From assembly GCA_910585605.1 (NCBI GenBank), contig CAJUFL010000011.1:3313-67312 (forward strand): DNA of 64,000 nucleotides, given 5' to 3'. Source of the DNA: an uncultured Lachnospiraceae bacterium. GTDB lineage: Bacteria; Bacillota; Clostridia; Lachnospirales; Lachnospiraceae. The notes under the pieces are model-generated. The model worked only from the letters and a program-made list of their open reading frames with translations, was not told the origin of the DNA and did no database searches. The position numbers and the translations under genes were made by a program. Each line of letters opens with the position of its first letter. Within the stretch, counting starts at the first letter, position 1. This document shows, in pieces, positions 20,300-30,238 of the stretch.

Positions 20300-20560
20300 T
20301 TAATCTTCCTGTTCTGACATATCCAGATCCATACCGGTGTCATTAAAATTATCATAGAGAACCTGACCCATGTTAAAGTCATAGGCATCTACATTTCCGT
20401 ATACCTTACGGACTTCTTCTTCCAGTTCTTCTTTAATTGGCATAAGAGTCTCAACCGGAACATCAAGCATCATGGAAACCTCTTCCACATCGATCTTTCC
20501 TTTTAACATCCTCTTTGCCGCATCCAATTTTGCCTTATCAGTGTTATTCATGTCAAACAC
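20300..20560 (-). CDS. Small acidic hypothetical protein
   Basis: 86-aa ORF whose ATG overlaps the argH stop by 8 nt. Very acidic C-terminus. I recognise no motif. Confidence 0.4.
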   Translation of the reverse strand: MFDMNNTDKAKLDAAKRMLKGKIDVEEVSMMLDVPVETLMPIKEELEEEVRKVYGNVDAYDFNMGQVLYDNFNDTGMDLDMSEQED

Positions 20561-21944
20561 CTCTTTCTATATGATCTAACCATTCTTCATTCATTGCGAT
20601 CACCTGTTCCATAGATGCCCTGCCCGGTGCTCCGATGGTTTCCCTTTTCTCCACACAGGTTTTTAAACTGATAGCATCATAGATATCCTCTTCAAATACC
20701 GGGGAAATCCTTTTATATTCCTCTATCGTCATGTCATCCAGCGAAATCCTTTTTTCAATACAGTATAACACCAGCTGTCCGACAATACCGTGTGCATCTC
20801 TAAATGGAACCCCGTGATTCACAAGATAATCTGCTGCATCAGTAGCATTGGTAAACCCGTTTTTGGCACTACACTCCATTACATCTTTATTAACTGTCAT
20901 TGTTTTGATCATGCCTGTAAACAGGGCAAGACATCCTTTTACAGTATCAATGGCATCAAAGGTAAATTCCTTATCCTCCTGCATGTCCTTATTATAAGCA
21001 AGGGGAATCCCCTTCATAGTAGTGAGAATCTGCATCAAGGCACCATAAACACGCCCTGTTTTCCCCCTTACCAATTCTGCAATATCCGGATTCTTCTTCT
21101 GTGGCATAATGGAACTACCAGTACTATAGGCATCATCTAATTCCACAAAACGGTATTCGTTGGAATTCCATATGATAATCTCTTCCGAAAACCGGCTTAA
21201 ATGCATCATGATCGTAGACATTGCACCAAGCAGTTCAATCACATAATCTCTATCGGAAACTGAATCCATACTGTTAAGTGTCGGTCCTTTAAATCCTAAT
21301 AATTCGGCTGTCATATTCCGGTCAAGGGGATATGTTGTTCCCGCAAGTGCCCCAGACCCCAGCGGACAGTAATTCATCCTGTCATAAATATCACAGAGCC
21401 TGCCATAGTCCCTTTTAAACATCTCCATATATGCACCAAAATGATGTGCCAGGGTAATCGGCTGGGCTTTCTGCAAATGGGTAAATCCTGGCATAAAAGT
21501 ATCCACATGCTCTTTCATCAAATTCTGAAGCACCAAAAGTAAATCCTTCACCAAACCCTTTAGATTCACGATTTCCTTTCTTGTATAAAGCTTCATATCA
21601 AGTGCTACCTGGTCATTTCTGGAACGCCCCGTATGAAGTTTCTTTCCGGCATCGCCAATGCGTTCAATCAGATTAGCTTCTACAAAACTATGAATATCCT
21701 CATATTCCGAAGAAATCTCCAATTCCCCGCTCTCTACATCAGCAAGGATTCCCTCAATTCCTTTTAGGATCTTGTCCCTTTCTTCCTCGGTAATAATCCC
21801 CGATGCAGCAAGCATCTTTACATGTGCCATACTGCCTTCCATATCCTCCCTGTAAAACTTCTGGTCAAATGATATGGAAGCGTTAAAATTGTATACTAAC
21901 TGATCCGTTTCTTTTGTAAAACGGCCGCCCCAAAGCTGTGCCAT
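20553..21944 (-). CDS. argH: Argininosuccinate lyase
   Basis: GRSRNDQ and the fumarate-lyase signature [12 protein letters not shown]. Start placed at the second ATG (21944, MAQLWGGRF) for proper spacing from the GAGGA RBS. Confidence 0.96.
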   Translation of the reverse strand: MAQLWGGRFTKETDQLVYNFNASISFDQKFYREDMEGSMAHVKMLAASGIITEEERDKILKGIEGILADVESGELEISSEYEDIHSFVEANLIERIGDAGKKLHTGRSRNDQVALDMKLYTRKEIVNLKGLVKDLLLVLQNLMKEHVDTFMPGFTHLQKAQPITLAHHFGAYMEMFKRDYGRLCDIYDRMNYCPLGSGALAGTTYPLDRNMTAELLGFKGPTLNSMDSVSDRDYVIELLGAMSTIMMHLSRFSEEIIIWNSNEYRFVELDDAYSTGSSIMPQKKNPDIAELVRGKTGRVYGALMQILTTMKGIPLAYNKDMQEDKEFTFDAIDTVKGCLALFTGMIKTMTVNKDVMECSAKNGFTNATDAADYLVNHGVPFRDAHGIVGQLVLYCIEKRISLDDMTIEEYKRISPVFEEDIYDAISLKTCVEKRETIGAPGRASMEQVIAMNEEWLDHIERGV

Positions 21945-21989
21945 AAACATATCCTCTTTTCTTAATATTTAAAAAGTATCCTCTTTCCA

Positions 21990-22030
21990 AAAAGTAAAAA
22001 CGATGAGAAATACGCTTTGTGAATTTCTCA
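21990..22030 (-). terminator. Intrinsic-terminator-like hairpin inside the argH leader (candidate attenuator)
   Basis: On the minus strand, TGAGAAAT, an 11-nt loop, ATTTCTCA, then TCGTTTTTACTTTTT. It lies about 45-85 nt upstream of the argH start and downstream of the predicted promoter. Confidence 0.5.
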
Positions 22031-22147
22031 CGTTCGCGGACGGCACCAAATCGGAATGCAGGCATTCCAGCTTAACTTATGCCTTCCACACAAATCAAAT
22101 GGAACAGGAATGGAAATTCTTTTTCCATATCCAAACACACTTCTTTC

Positions 22148-22176
22148 ATTCTACAACAATTTAATATGAGTGGCAA
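22148..22176 (-). promoter_or_regulatory. Sigma-A-type promoter for argH
   Basis: On the minus strand, TTGCCA (22176-22171), 17-nt spacer, TAGAAT (22153-22148). This predicts a leader of about 190 nt. Confidence 0.45.
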
Positions 22177-22354
22177 GTGCTATTCCACTTCGATTTAAAA
22201 ATCCTGTTTCAGCCCGACTTATATATCCAGTGCTAATATGAAAAAATTATCCTTATGCCAAAGACTATGTTTTGGATGATATATTTTCCGTAAGAAAAAG
22301 AGCCCGTCCCGCTATCATATACAGAACCAGCGTGACAGACTCCTCCTTTTTCAT

Positions 22355-23578
22355 CTATTTCATTGTTACTTCAATTTCCAAAATTGCTTCCTTCAAAATT
22401 GCCGCCGCCTTGTCACAATCCTCTTTCGTGATAATAAGCGGGGGAACCATACGGATAATGCGGTCAGAAGTTGCCGTAACAAGCAGTTTCTTCTCCATTG
22501 CCTTCACCTTTACCTGAACTGCATCTATATCCTCTAATTCCATACCTACTATCAGACCAAGACCTCGTACCTCTTTAACATGAGGCAGGTTTTTCAGCTG
22601 TTCCATAAAATAACTGCCCATTTCCTGTGCATTTTTTGCCAGATTCTGCTCTAAAAGCTCCGTAATCTGTGCATAAGAAGCAGCACAGCAGACCGGATTT
22701 CCTGAATAAGTACTTCCGTGAGAGCCGGGATTTAAAGCTTCAGCACACTTTTGCGTTGCAGCAAGTGCTCCAATAGGTAGTCCTCCTCCCATTGCCTTTG
22801 CCATGGTAACGGCATCCGGTTTTACGCCATAATGCATAAATGCCATAGTTTCACCGCATCGGCACCAGCCAGTCTGTACTTCATCAAATAACAGCAGCAT
22901 TCCCCGTTCATCACAAAGTTTACGAAGTCCCTGCAAAAATTCTTTTGTCGCGGGATATACGCCGCCTTCTCCCTGAATCGGTTCCACCATAATCGCAATC
23001 GTGTTTTCAGTACATGCCGCCTGAAAACTTTCCAAATCATTAAAATCTGCATAATCAAATCCCGGCAACATTGGCTTAAATCCAATCTGACATCCATTGT
23101 CAGGCTGTCCGGTAGCACTCATGGCTCCATATGTTCTTCCATGAAAACTTTTCCTTGCCGTCACAATATGATAATGATCCTCTCCAAAATGTTCAACACC
23201 ATATTTACGTGCCATTTTGATCATAGCCTCATTTGCTTCCGTTCCTGAATTCTGAAAAAATATGCGATCCATTCCAATGGTCTCACAAATCAGTTTTGCC
23301 AGTAATGCCTGGGGAACCGAATACGGATAAAGACTGGTATGCATAACCTGCCCTGCCTGTTCCCTGATTGCTGCCACTACTCTTTCATTACAGTTACCTG
23401 TTGAATTCACTGCAATCCCTGCATAAAAATCCAGATATTCATCCCCATCCATATCTTTTACAAGTACTCCTTTTGCCTCTTCTGCCACAATAGGAAAACG
23501 ATATCCGATATTTAACATATATTGATCTGACATTTTAATGACATCATGTTTTGTAAGTCCATAATCTTTTGCTTTCAT
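22355..23578 (-). CDS. argD: Acetylornithine aminotransferase (class-III PLP aminotransferase)
   Basis: Start set at ATG 23578 with a GGAAAGAGGGAA RBS. Contains FDEVQTG and the PLP-lysine context TMAKAMGGG. The arg-gene neighbourhood supports argD over other class-III enzymes. Confidence 0.82.
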   Translation of the reverse strand: MKAKDYGLTKHDVIKMSDQYMLNIGYRFPIVAEEAKGVLVKDMDGDEYLDFYAGIAVNSTGNCNERVVAAIREQAGQVMHTSLYPYSVPQALLAKLICETIGMDRIFFQNSGTEANEAMIKMARKYGVEHFGEDHYHIVTARKSFHGRTYGAMSATGQPDNGCQIGFKPMLPGFDYADFNDLESFQAACTENTIAIMVEPIQGEGGVYPATKEFLQGLRKLCDERGMLLLFDEVQTGWCRCGETMAFMHYGVKPDAVTMAKAMGGGLPIGALAATQKCAEALNPGSHGSTYSGNPVCCAASYAQITELLEQNLAKNAQEMGSYFMEQLKNLPHVKEVRGLGLIVGMELEDIDAVQVKVKAMEKKLLVTATSDRIIRMVPPLIITKEDCDKAAAILKEAILEIEVTMK

Positions 23579-23673
23579 AATATTCCCTCTTTCCACTTGC
23601 AACCAATTTTGCTTTGCAAACTTTGTTTGCTGCAATATATCAGGAAAATGATTCCTTTCCCATATAACCTCTT

Positions 23674-23712
23674 ATTTTACTACTGATTTTCAATTTGTCA
23701 ACAAAAATTGAA
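23674..23712 (-). promoter_or_regulatory. argD promoter with flanking 8-bp inverted repeat
   Basis: On the minus strand, TTGACA (23701-23696), 16-nt spacer, TAAAAT (23679-23674). TTCAATTT (23689-23696) and AAATTGAA (23705-23712) form a perfect inverted repeat bracketing the -35. Confidence 0.4.
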
Positions 23713-23736
23713 TAAATATAATGTATTATTGTATAT

Positions 23737-24624
23737 TTATTCTTCTTTTCGCAAGTCCACTTCTAAACGGTTATACGGAATCTCAATCTGATTGGCATCA
23801 AAGGAAGCCTTTATCTTCTCCCGCAAATCCCATGTAGTACTCCAGAAATCCTCTGTTTTCACCCATGCCCGGATTCCCAAAGTCATTCCACTGTCATCAA
23901 AAGAATCTATAAATACATCTTTGGGTTCCTCTGCCAAAATCCTGTCGTCCGCGTCAAGGAGCCCATAAACAATCTCTTTTATTTTCTGAATATCACTGTT
24001 ATATGCGATAGAAACCTTGACTTCTATTTTACGCTTCACCTCATTGGTAAGATTTACAAGGCTGTTATCTGCCAAAATACCATTCGGAATCACTACAATT
24101 CTATTGTCATGGGTTCGCAAACGGGTATAAAAAATATCAATCGAAACCACTGTTCCTTCATTATTCTTATTATTTTCAATAATATAATCCCCCAGTCCAA
24201 AAGGCTTTAACAAAAGAATCAGCACACCGCCTGCAAGATTGGAAAGTGCTCCCTGCAGGGCAAGACCAATCGCCAAAGATGCTGTTCCTAATATAGTTAC
24301 AAAACTGGTCACTTCAAATCCAACAATCGTTGCAGCCGTAATCAACACCAGCGTGTACCCCAATACCCTGATCATCGAGAGCAAAAAACCTGATACGGAA
24401 GCTTCCATTTTGGACTTCTCAAAAGAACGCCGTAAGATCTTAATCAACGCACTCACAATTTTTATTCCAACTGCGATAAATAAAACTGCCACCAAAACAC
24501 TGCCTGATTTACTGATCATCCAGTTTATCAATTCATTTAGTGTCTGTTTAACCAAACCGGCAGATTCTTCTGCATTTTTTGCTGCCTGTTCCACTGCCTG
24601 ATTATCAATCGTTTCCAATAACAT
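23737..24624 (-). CDS. mscS: Small-conductance mechanosensitive channel (MscS family)
   Basis: Three TM helices, then the MscS beta-domain GDYIIENNKNNEGTVVSIDIFYTRLRTHDNRIVVIPNG. Confidence 0.9.
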   Translation of the reverse strand: MLLETIDNQAVEQAAKNAEESAGLVKQTLNELINWMISKSGSVLVAVLFIAVGIKIVSALIKILRRSFEKSKMEASVSGFLLSMIRVLGYTLVLITAATIVGFEVTSFVTILGTASLAIGLALQGALSNLAGGVLILLLKPFGLGDYIIENNKNNEGTVVSIDIFYTRLRTHDNRIVVIPNGILADNSLVNLTNEVKRKIEVKVSIAYNSDIQKIKEIVYGLLDADDRILAEEPKDVFIDSFDDSGMTLGIRAWVKTEDFWSTTWDLREKIKASFDANQIEIPYNRLEVDLRKEE

Positions 24625-24714
24625 ACTTCTATCCCTTTCCTTAACACAACCTAAAAACAGTAAAGGGCTGTCGCATTAAGAAAAATATTCTCTTTTGCCA
24701 CAACCCCCCGTTTT

Positions 24715-27003
24715 TTAGTTTTTCTTCTTTTTGGATTCTGTATTAACTTCTTTTTTTTCTGTTGGTTTTGTAGTCTTTTTTTTCTTCGAGTTACTTTCTG
24801 TACCACTTTTTGCAAGCTTAAAAATACTCATGGAAAGCGGTGCCAGACCAATGGTGATAGAATTGCTTCTCCCATCACAGGAACTTCTCTTGCTTGTCCG
24901 CATAACAGAATTCTTACTCCCATCACCACCAAATTTCACATTGTCACTGCAAAAAATCTCCTTATAGCTGCCTGCAAAGGGTACACCCACCTTATACTTA
25001 TCGTATAAAACCGGGGTAAAATTACAAACAATTAATAAGGTGTCTTCTTTTTTTGCCGTTTTTCTCAAAAAGGATACGATACTCTCATTTGCAGCATTTG
25101 CATTCATCCATTCAAATCCTACTGCGTTATTATCAAGTGCATATAAGGCAGGTTCCTTTTTATATAAATGATTCAGTGCCTTTACATAATCCCTTAATAT
25201 GGTATGTGCGTCAAATTCTAATAAATTCCAGTCAATCTCAGCCGCCTCATTGAATTCTTTAAACTGTGCAAACTCCTGACCCATAAATAAAAGCTTTTTC
25301 CCTGGATGCATCATCATATATCCATAAAGAAGCCGGAGATTCGAAAACTTTTCTTCATATCCGCCAGGCATCTGGTCTACAATGGAACCCTTACCACCCA
25401 CAACTTCTGTATGCGAAAACTCCAGAATATATTTCTCATCATAGGCATTTGTCAGGCTGTTGGTCAGCTTCTTATGTTCATATTTACGGTATAACGGATC
25501 CAATGCCATATAAGATAATAAATCCTTCATCCATGACATATTAAACCGATAATCAAATCCCATGCCCCCATTGTCCACTTCTTCCGTTAACATGGGCCAC
25601 CCGGATTCCTCTTCCACAATCATCATACAATTGGGGAATCTATCTTTTATAACGGTGTTCAATTCTTTTAAAAATCCAATGGCATCCAGATTCTCATTCC
25701 CTCCATATTGATTGGGAATCCAGCAGCCATACGGCTTTCCGTAATCCAAATACAGCATAGATGCAACACTATCTATCCTAAGACCATCCAGATGATACTT
25801 GCCAATCCAATAAACAGCGTTGGATATCAGATAATTTTTAACCTCATTTCTCCCATAATCAAAAATATATGTTCCCCACCTTGAATTCTCGCTTCTTCTT
25901 GAATCCTGTGGTTCATACAAAGGTTCACCGTCATATCTCGCAATTCCGCTTTCGCTCATGGGAAACTGACTTGGCACCCAGTCACAAATAACACCAATTC
26001 CTTTGCTATGCATATAGTCTACAAAATACATAAAATCAGTCGGCTCCCCATAACGTGAAGTCGGTGCATAAAAACCTGTGGTCTGATATCCCAAGGTTCC
26101 ATCCTGTTCATGTTCCATGATAGGCATCAGTTCTACATGGGTATAACCCATATCTGCCGCATAGTCTGCAAGTTCTTTTGCAATCTCACGGTAGGAGAAA
26201 AACTCCCTGCCATCCTTTGGTCTTTTAAAAGAACCTAAATGCACTTCATAGATATTCATTGGCATTTCATTCTTTACAAGTGCCTGTTTTTCAAAATAAG
26301 CAGAGTCATTCCATTCATAAGACAAATCTGCTATTCTGGAAGCATTTGCAGGACGCAATTCTGCATAATTAGCATAGGGGTCCGGCTTCATAAAAGTATC
26401 CCCTGAACGCGTCTGTATCTCATATTTGTATATCTCACCATCAGCAATACCCGGAATAAACAACTCAAATATACCGGAATATTCAATCCTGCGCATCATA
26501 TGTACTCTGCCGTTCCAGCCGTTAAAATTACCTACAACGGATACTCTTACTGCCCGGGGGGCCCATACTGCAAACAACACTCCTTTTACCCCATCCAGCA
26601 TACAGGGGTGTGCACCTAATTTTTCATATATCTCATAATGAATACCATCATTAAATTTACTAATGTCAATGGGATCAATTACTGGTTCAAAAGCATAGGG
26701 ATCAATTACAGTCCTTTTCTTTCCATCAGGAAATCGTACTTCAAAATAATAAACAAAACTTTGTCTGTCAGGTACTTTAACCGAAAAAAAACCATTCACT
26801 CTATCACTGATCAGTTTGTATCTGGTCTTTGTATTCTTACAAACAGCTGTAACTGACTTTGCCCCCGGAAAATATGCATTAATAAAAACTCCATCTGTTG
26901 TCTCATGCATTCCTAAAATATGATGTGGATTATCATGACGACCTGCTGCTAATGTCTCCACCTCTGTCCAGTTAATTGCAAATACCAGTTTCTTATTGGC
27001 CAT
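24715..27003 (-). CDS. glgB: 1,4-alpha-glucan branching enzyme (GH13) with Lys-rich C-terminal tail
   Basis: GH13 catalytic regions DWVPSQF, GLRIDSVASMLY and VEEESGWP. 762 aa, including the tail SKKKKTTKPTEKKEVNTESKKKKN. Confidence 0.95.
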   Translation of the reverse strand: MANKKLVFAINWTEVETLAAGRHDNPHHILGMHETTDGVFINAYFPGAKSVTAVCKNTKTRYKLISDRVNGFFSVKVPDRQSFVYYFEVRFPDGKKRTVIDPYAFEPVIDPIDISKFNDGIHYEIYEKLGAHPCMLDGVKGVLFAVWAPRAVRVSVVGNFNGWNGRVHMMRRIEYSGIFELFIPGIADGEIYKYEIQTRSGDTFMKPDPYANYAELRPANASRIADLSYEWNDSAYFEKQALVKNEMPMNIYEVHLGSFKRPKDGREFFSYREIAKELADYAADMGYTHVELMPIMEHEQDGTLGYQTTGFYAPTSRYGEPTDFMYFVDYMHSKGIGVICDWVPSQFPMSESGIARYDGEPLYEPQDSRRSENSRWGTYIFDYGRNEVKNYLISNAVYWIGKYHLDGLRIDSVASMLYLDYGKPYGCWIPNQYGGNENLDAIGFLKELNTVIKDRFPNCMMIVEEESGWPMLTEEVDNGGMGFDYRFNMSWMKDLLSYMALDPLYRKYEHKKLTNSLTNAYDEKYILEFSHTEVVGGKGSIVDQMPGGYEEKFSNLRLLYGYMMMHPGKKLLFMGQEFAQFKEFNEAAEIDWNLLEFDAHTILRDYVKALNHLYKKEPALYALDNNAVGFEWMNANAANESIVSFLRKTAKKEDTLLIVCNFTPVLYDKYKVGVPFAGSYKEIFCSDNVKFGGDGSKNSVMRTSKRSSCDGRSNSITIGLAPLSMSIFKLAKSGTESNSKKKKTTKPTEKKEVNTESKKKKN

Positions 27004-27051
27004 GCTTTCCTCCTCACGAAAAAACGACGCTCCAAAAAGCGTCGTTATATT

Positions 27052-27621
27052 CTACTCGCCTCTTAACTGTTTTACTACACGCTTAATCGACTCGTTAAAC
27101 TCTTCCTCTGAAGAATTTTCAAACACAATGAGCTCCTTAATATTATCCGGCTGGTTAAAATTACAGCTTGCTATATATTCCTCCCAATGTTCCAGCTTCC
27201 AGGTATCTCTATCTGAATTTCTCTTAATCATTCTTTCCCTGCATACTTCCACTCTGGTATTCACCCAGATAACGACGAGTTCTGCTCCATGCTTTGCCAG
27301 CTTCTCTCTTAAAGAATCCAGATATGCATCATCACGAATCTCATCTGAAAACGGAGCATTAATCAAAACTGTATCATTATAATCAAGTGCTTCCATTGCT
27401 AAATCTAAAACACAATAATATTCATAGTCACGTATCTCCCTCTGGAAGAAATCAGAAGAACGGTTATATTCTTCTCCTGCCACCTTAAATATCTGTTTTG
27501 ATAATACAATAAGCGTGTCTTTATCCAGATATACGCAATTAGTTAGCGCCTTAGCGAGCTGCTTCGAAATAAAGGTCTTACCACATGCAGGTGGTGACGT
27601 AACTAATATTAAATGTTTCAT
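27052..27621 (-). CDS. P-loop NTPase/kinase-like protein (AAA_33-like)
   Basis: N-terminal Walker A-like LILVTSPPACGKTF and a small (189 aa) nucleotide-kinase-like layout. Specific function not assignable. Confidence 0.6.
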   Translation of the reverse strand: MKHLILVTSPPACGKTFISKQLAKALTNCVYLDKDTLIVLSKQIFKVAGEEYNRSSDFFQREIRDYEYYCVLDLAMEALDYNDTVLINAPFSDEIRDDAYLDSLREKLAKHGAELVVIWVNTRVEVCRERMIKRNSDRDTWKLEHWEEYIASCNFNQPDNIKELIVFENSSEEEFNESIKRVVKQLRGE

Positions 27622-27731
27622 GTATATATGCCTCCTTTATGCCATCCGGCTTAAAATCTTCCTTTGTACTTTTGTACAACAATTAAACCAAATTATAGCA
27701 TATTTTATGAGGATTGACAACGCATTTACTG

Positions 27732-28511
27732 CTAAATATCCAAATAATTTTTCATACTCTTCAGTGCGGATTTTTCAAGGCGTGATACCTGTGCCTGAGA
27801 AATCGCAATTTCGTTTGCCACCTCTGTCTGGGTTTTTCCTTCAAAAAAGCGAAGCCTTATAATATTATATTCTCTGTCGGAAAGTTTTTTCATTGCTTCT
27901 TTTAAAGATATATCCTCCACCCAGTTGTCTTCTTTATTTTTCTTATCGCTTACCTGATCCATAATATATAAGGTGTCTCCCCCCTCCTGATATACCGGAT
28001 CAAACAAAGAAACCGGAGTTGCAATAGCATCCAGAGCCATCACTACTGTCTCTTTATCCATTTCAATTGCTCTCGCAACCTCATCAATCGTCGGTTCCCG
28101 ATCCTCCTCTTTTAGAATTCTCTCTTTCGCATAGATTGCCTTATATGCTATATCCCGTAAAGAACGGGAAACCCTTATTGCATTATTATCCCTTAAATAC
28201 CGTCTGCATTCTCCTATGATCATAGGCACAGCATATGTGGAAAATCTGACATTCAGACTTCTGTCAAAATTATCAATTGCCTTCATAAGTCCGATACAGC
28301 CTACCTGAAATAAATCATCTGCATTTTCATTGGATGCTGCAAAACGCTGAATTACACTTAATACCAGTCTTAGATTACCCTTAATCAGCTTTTCCCTTGC
28401 CTGTTTATCTCCCTGCTCTATCTGAATAAATAATTCATTTTTTTCATCATTGGTAAGAAGTGGTAATTTTGCAGTGTTTACTCCGCAAATAACGACTTTA
28501 TTAAGTGCCAT
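27732..28511 (-). CDS. sigG: Sporulation sigma factor SigG
   Basis: Sigma-70 region 2 (DLFQVGCIGLMKAIDNFD) and region 4 (QTEVANEIAISQAQVSRLEKSAL). It sits directly after spoIIGA-sigE, the conserved arrangement. Confidence 0.88.
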   Translation of the reverse strand: MALNKVVICGVNTAKLPLLTNDEKNELFIQIEQGDKQAREKLIKGNLRLVLSVIQRFAASNENADDLFQVGCIGLMKAIDNFDRSLNVRFSTYAVPMIIGECRRYLRDNNAIRVSRSLRDIAYKAIYAKERILKEEDREPTIDEVARAIEMDKETVVMALDAIATPVSLFDPVYQEGGDTLYIMDQVSDKKNKEDNWVEDISLKEAMKKLSDREYNIIRLRFFEGKTQTEVANEIAISQAQVSRLEKSALKSMKNYLDI

Positions 28512-28615
28512 GTCACGTCCTCCTTAACTGTTATATAGTTAAGGATTTACAAATGAAACACTCTTTATACAAGACAAATACCGTTAAATTTTTCCACGAT
28601 TATACCATTTTGGTC

Positions 28616-29356
28616 CTAAGAACCAATTCTCAACATCTCTTTTTTTAACCTTTTCATAATCTTTTTTTCCAGTCTCGAAATATAAGACTGAGATATGCCA
28701 AGTAAATCCGCCACCTCCTTTTGTGTCAACTCTTCACCTTTCTCATTGTTAAGACCAAATCTTAGGTCGATAATCTTCTTTTCCCTGTCTGATAATATAT
28801 TCATAGCCTTTTTCAATAGCTCTTTATCTACTTCTTCTTCCAGATCCCGATATATCAAATCTTCCTCCGTACCCAGAATATCAGAGAGCAGCAATTCATT
28901 CCCATCCCAATCCACATTTAGCGGTTCATCAATAGATACCTCCATTTTTGTTTTTGCACTCCTTCTTAAGTACATTAAAATCTCATTTTCTATACAGCGG
29001 GAAGCATATGTCGCAAGTTTAATCTTTTTATCCATCTTAAATGTATTGATCGCTTTAATCAGACCAATTGTTCCAATGGATATCAAGTCCTCTACACCAA
29101 CTCCCGTATTATCAAATTTTTTGGCAATATACACTACAAGCCTTAAATTTCTCTCAATCAAAATGCTTTTTACTTCCGTATCATCTAACGTACCAAGCTT
29201 TTCTAAAAGCTTCCGTTCTTCTTCCGGTTCCAGCGGAGGAGGCAGAATATCCGCTCCTCCTATATAATGTATCTCCTTTTTTGGCATAAAAAACATACTC
29301 GCCACATTTTTCATCATGGTAAGCTTAAATTTATCATTACTGACTATGTTCACCAT
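28616..29356 (-). CDS. sigE: Sporulation sigma factor SigE (pro-sigma-E)
   Basis: Pro-sequence ending in [13 protein letters not shown], region 2 [17 protein letters not shown], region 4 [22 protein letters not shown]. Start set at ATG 29356 (GGAGG 5 nt upstream) rather than the track TTG at 29368. Confidence 0.9.
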   Translation of the reverse strand: MVNIVSNDKFKLTMMKNVASMFFMPKKEIHYIGGADILPPPLEPEEERKLLEKLGTLDDTEVKSILIERNLRLVVYIAKKFDNTGVGVEDLISIGTIGLIKAINTFKMDKKIKLATYASRCIENEILMYLRRSAKTKMEVSIDEPLNVDWDGNELLLSDILGTEEDLIYRDLEEEVDKELLKKAMNILSDREKKIIDLRFGLNNEKGEELTQKEVADLLGISQSYISRLEKKIMKRLKKEMLRIGS

Positions 29357-29374
29357 ACAATCCTCCAAATAACG

Positions 29375-30238
29375 TTAGATGCACTCAAAATGCAGCAGTC
29401 CCTGATACTCTTTTCCCTCAAATAAATCAGCCGAACCAATTGCAACCGGCTGTTTCACTAACACCTGCCCATTTTTTTTCAGAACAATCTCTTCCATTAT
29501 CAGGCAAAGAAGCTTTCCTGAAGGATTTCCCACACTCTGATATGCTATCTCATGAAAACAAACCCTCTTTTGTATATCAAGAACTATCTGTTTCTTATAA
29601 TTTATATATCCTTTTTTCTTATATTCCTCTATAAATTCTTTTTCTTCCTCCGTCAGACATTTCCCGACAAAGCTCTCAGAAAGCAGAATAACAGGTTTTG
29701 AAAATAACGGATCCCACAGCATATTTCCAGTATCCATATATACGTAGTCCATCGCCTCTCTCATGCCATGCCGTATCTGGATCAAATAAATATGCTTTCC
29801 TTTATGTAACATTTTTTGCAGAAACCGTATCATATAAAAACAGCCTCCTGCTCCTCCTGCAAATAAGAACATCCATATACATAATGAGACTGACGTAACA
29901 CCTGTCATGTATTTTAGATAGTTTATCATACCGCCCAGAAGAATCATAATAGTGGTGGAAAGAAACCATTTTTTAACCAAACCTCCCTTTTTTCTGCCAA
30001 GAGAAATAGCAACGGCTCCCATACTGATTCCTGTGCAAAGAATGATTCCCGTTTTTCCCGTCAGAATATACGGACGAAAAATAAACGGAAGAAGCGAGAC
30101 AGCACCAAATAATGCCCCAGCTATCACTCTCCAGTATACGATTTTTTGTTTCATGATAATTCCAGTCAAAAACAAAACAAAAAAATCTACTATGAAATTA
30201 ACGAAAAAAATGATGTCCAGATAGACTATTATCTGCAA
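29375..30238 (-). CDS. spoIIGA: Sigma-E processing aspartic peptidase SpoIIGA
   Basis: Five N-terminal TM helices, then YMDTGNMLWDPLFSKPV (DTGN active site). TTG start with GGAGG 6 nt upstream. Confidence 0.86.
   Translation of the reverse strand: MQIIVYLDIIFFVNFIVDFFVLFLTGIIMKQKIVYWRVIAGALFGAVSLLPFIFRPYILTGKTGIILCTGISMGAVAISLGRKKGGLVKKWFLSTTIMILLGGMINYLKYMTGVTSVSLCIWMFLFAGGAGGCFYMIRFLQKMLHKGKHIYLIQIRHGMREAMDYVYMDTGNMLWDPLFSKPVILLSESFVGKCLTEEEKEFIEEYKKKGYINYKKQIVLDIQKRVCFHEIAYQSVGNPSGKLLCLIMEEIVLKKNGQVLVKQPVAIGSADLFEGKEYQGLLHFECI

Noticed and set aside
22035-22050. T-box riboswitch call for the argH leader, based on GGUGCCGUCCGCG just 5' of the terminator
   Set aside because: By eye it is only a partial match to the GGUGGUACCGCG core, needing a 1-nt insertion. 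I could not find the Stem I AGAGA/GA-motif, a specifier loop or a clean antiterminator. It is kept as an unclassified attenuator candidate instead.
21883-22065. 60-aa minus-strand ORF overlapping the argH 5' end and leader; also an 18-aa leader ORF (MEKEFPFLFHLICVEGIS) that I translated as a possible attenuation peptide
   Set aside because: The 60-aa ORF is out of frame with argH and has no RBS. The 18-aa ORF has a poor RBS and no Arg codons, so classical arginine leader-peptide attenuation is not supported.
27052-27621. P-loop kinase-like gene considered as a zeta-toxin-type toxin
   Set aside because: There is no adjacent small antitoxin ORF. The gene sits between housekeeping genes with normal composition. 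A generic AAA_33-like kinase is the more economical reading.
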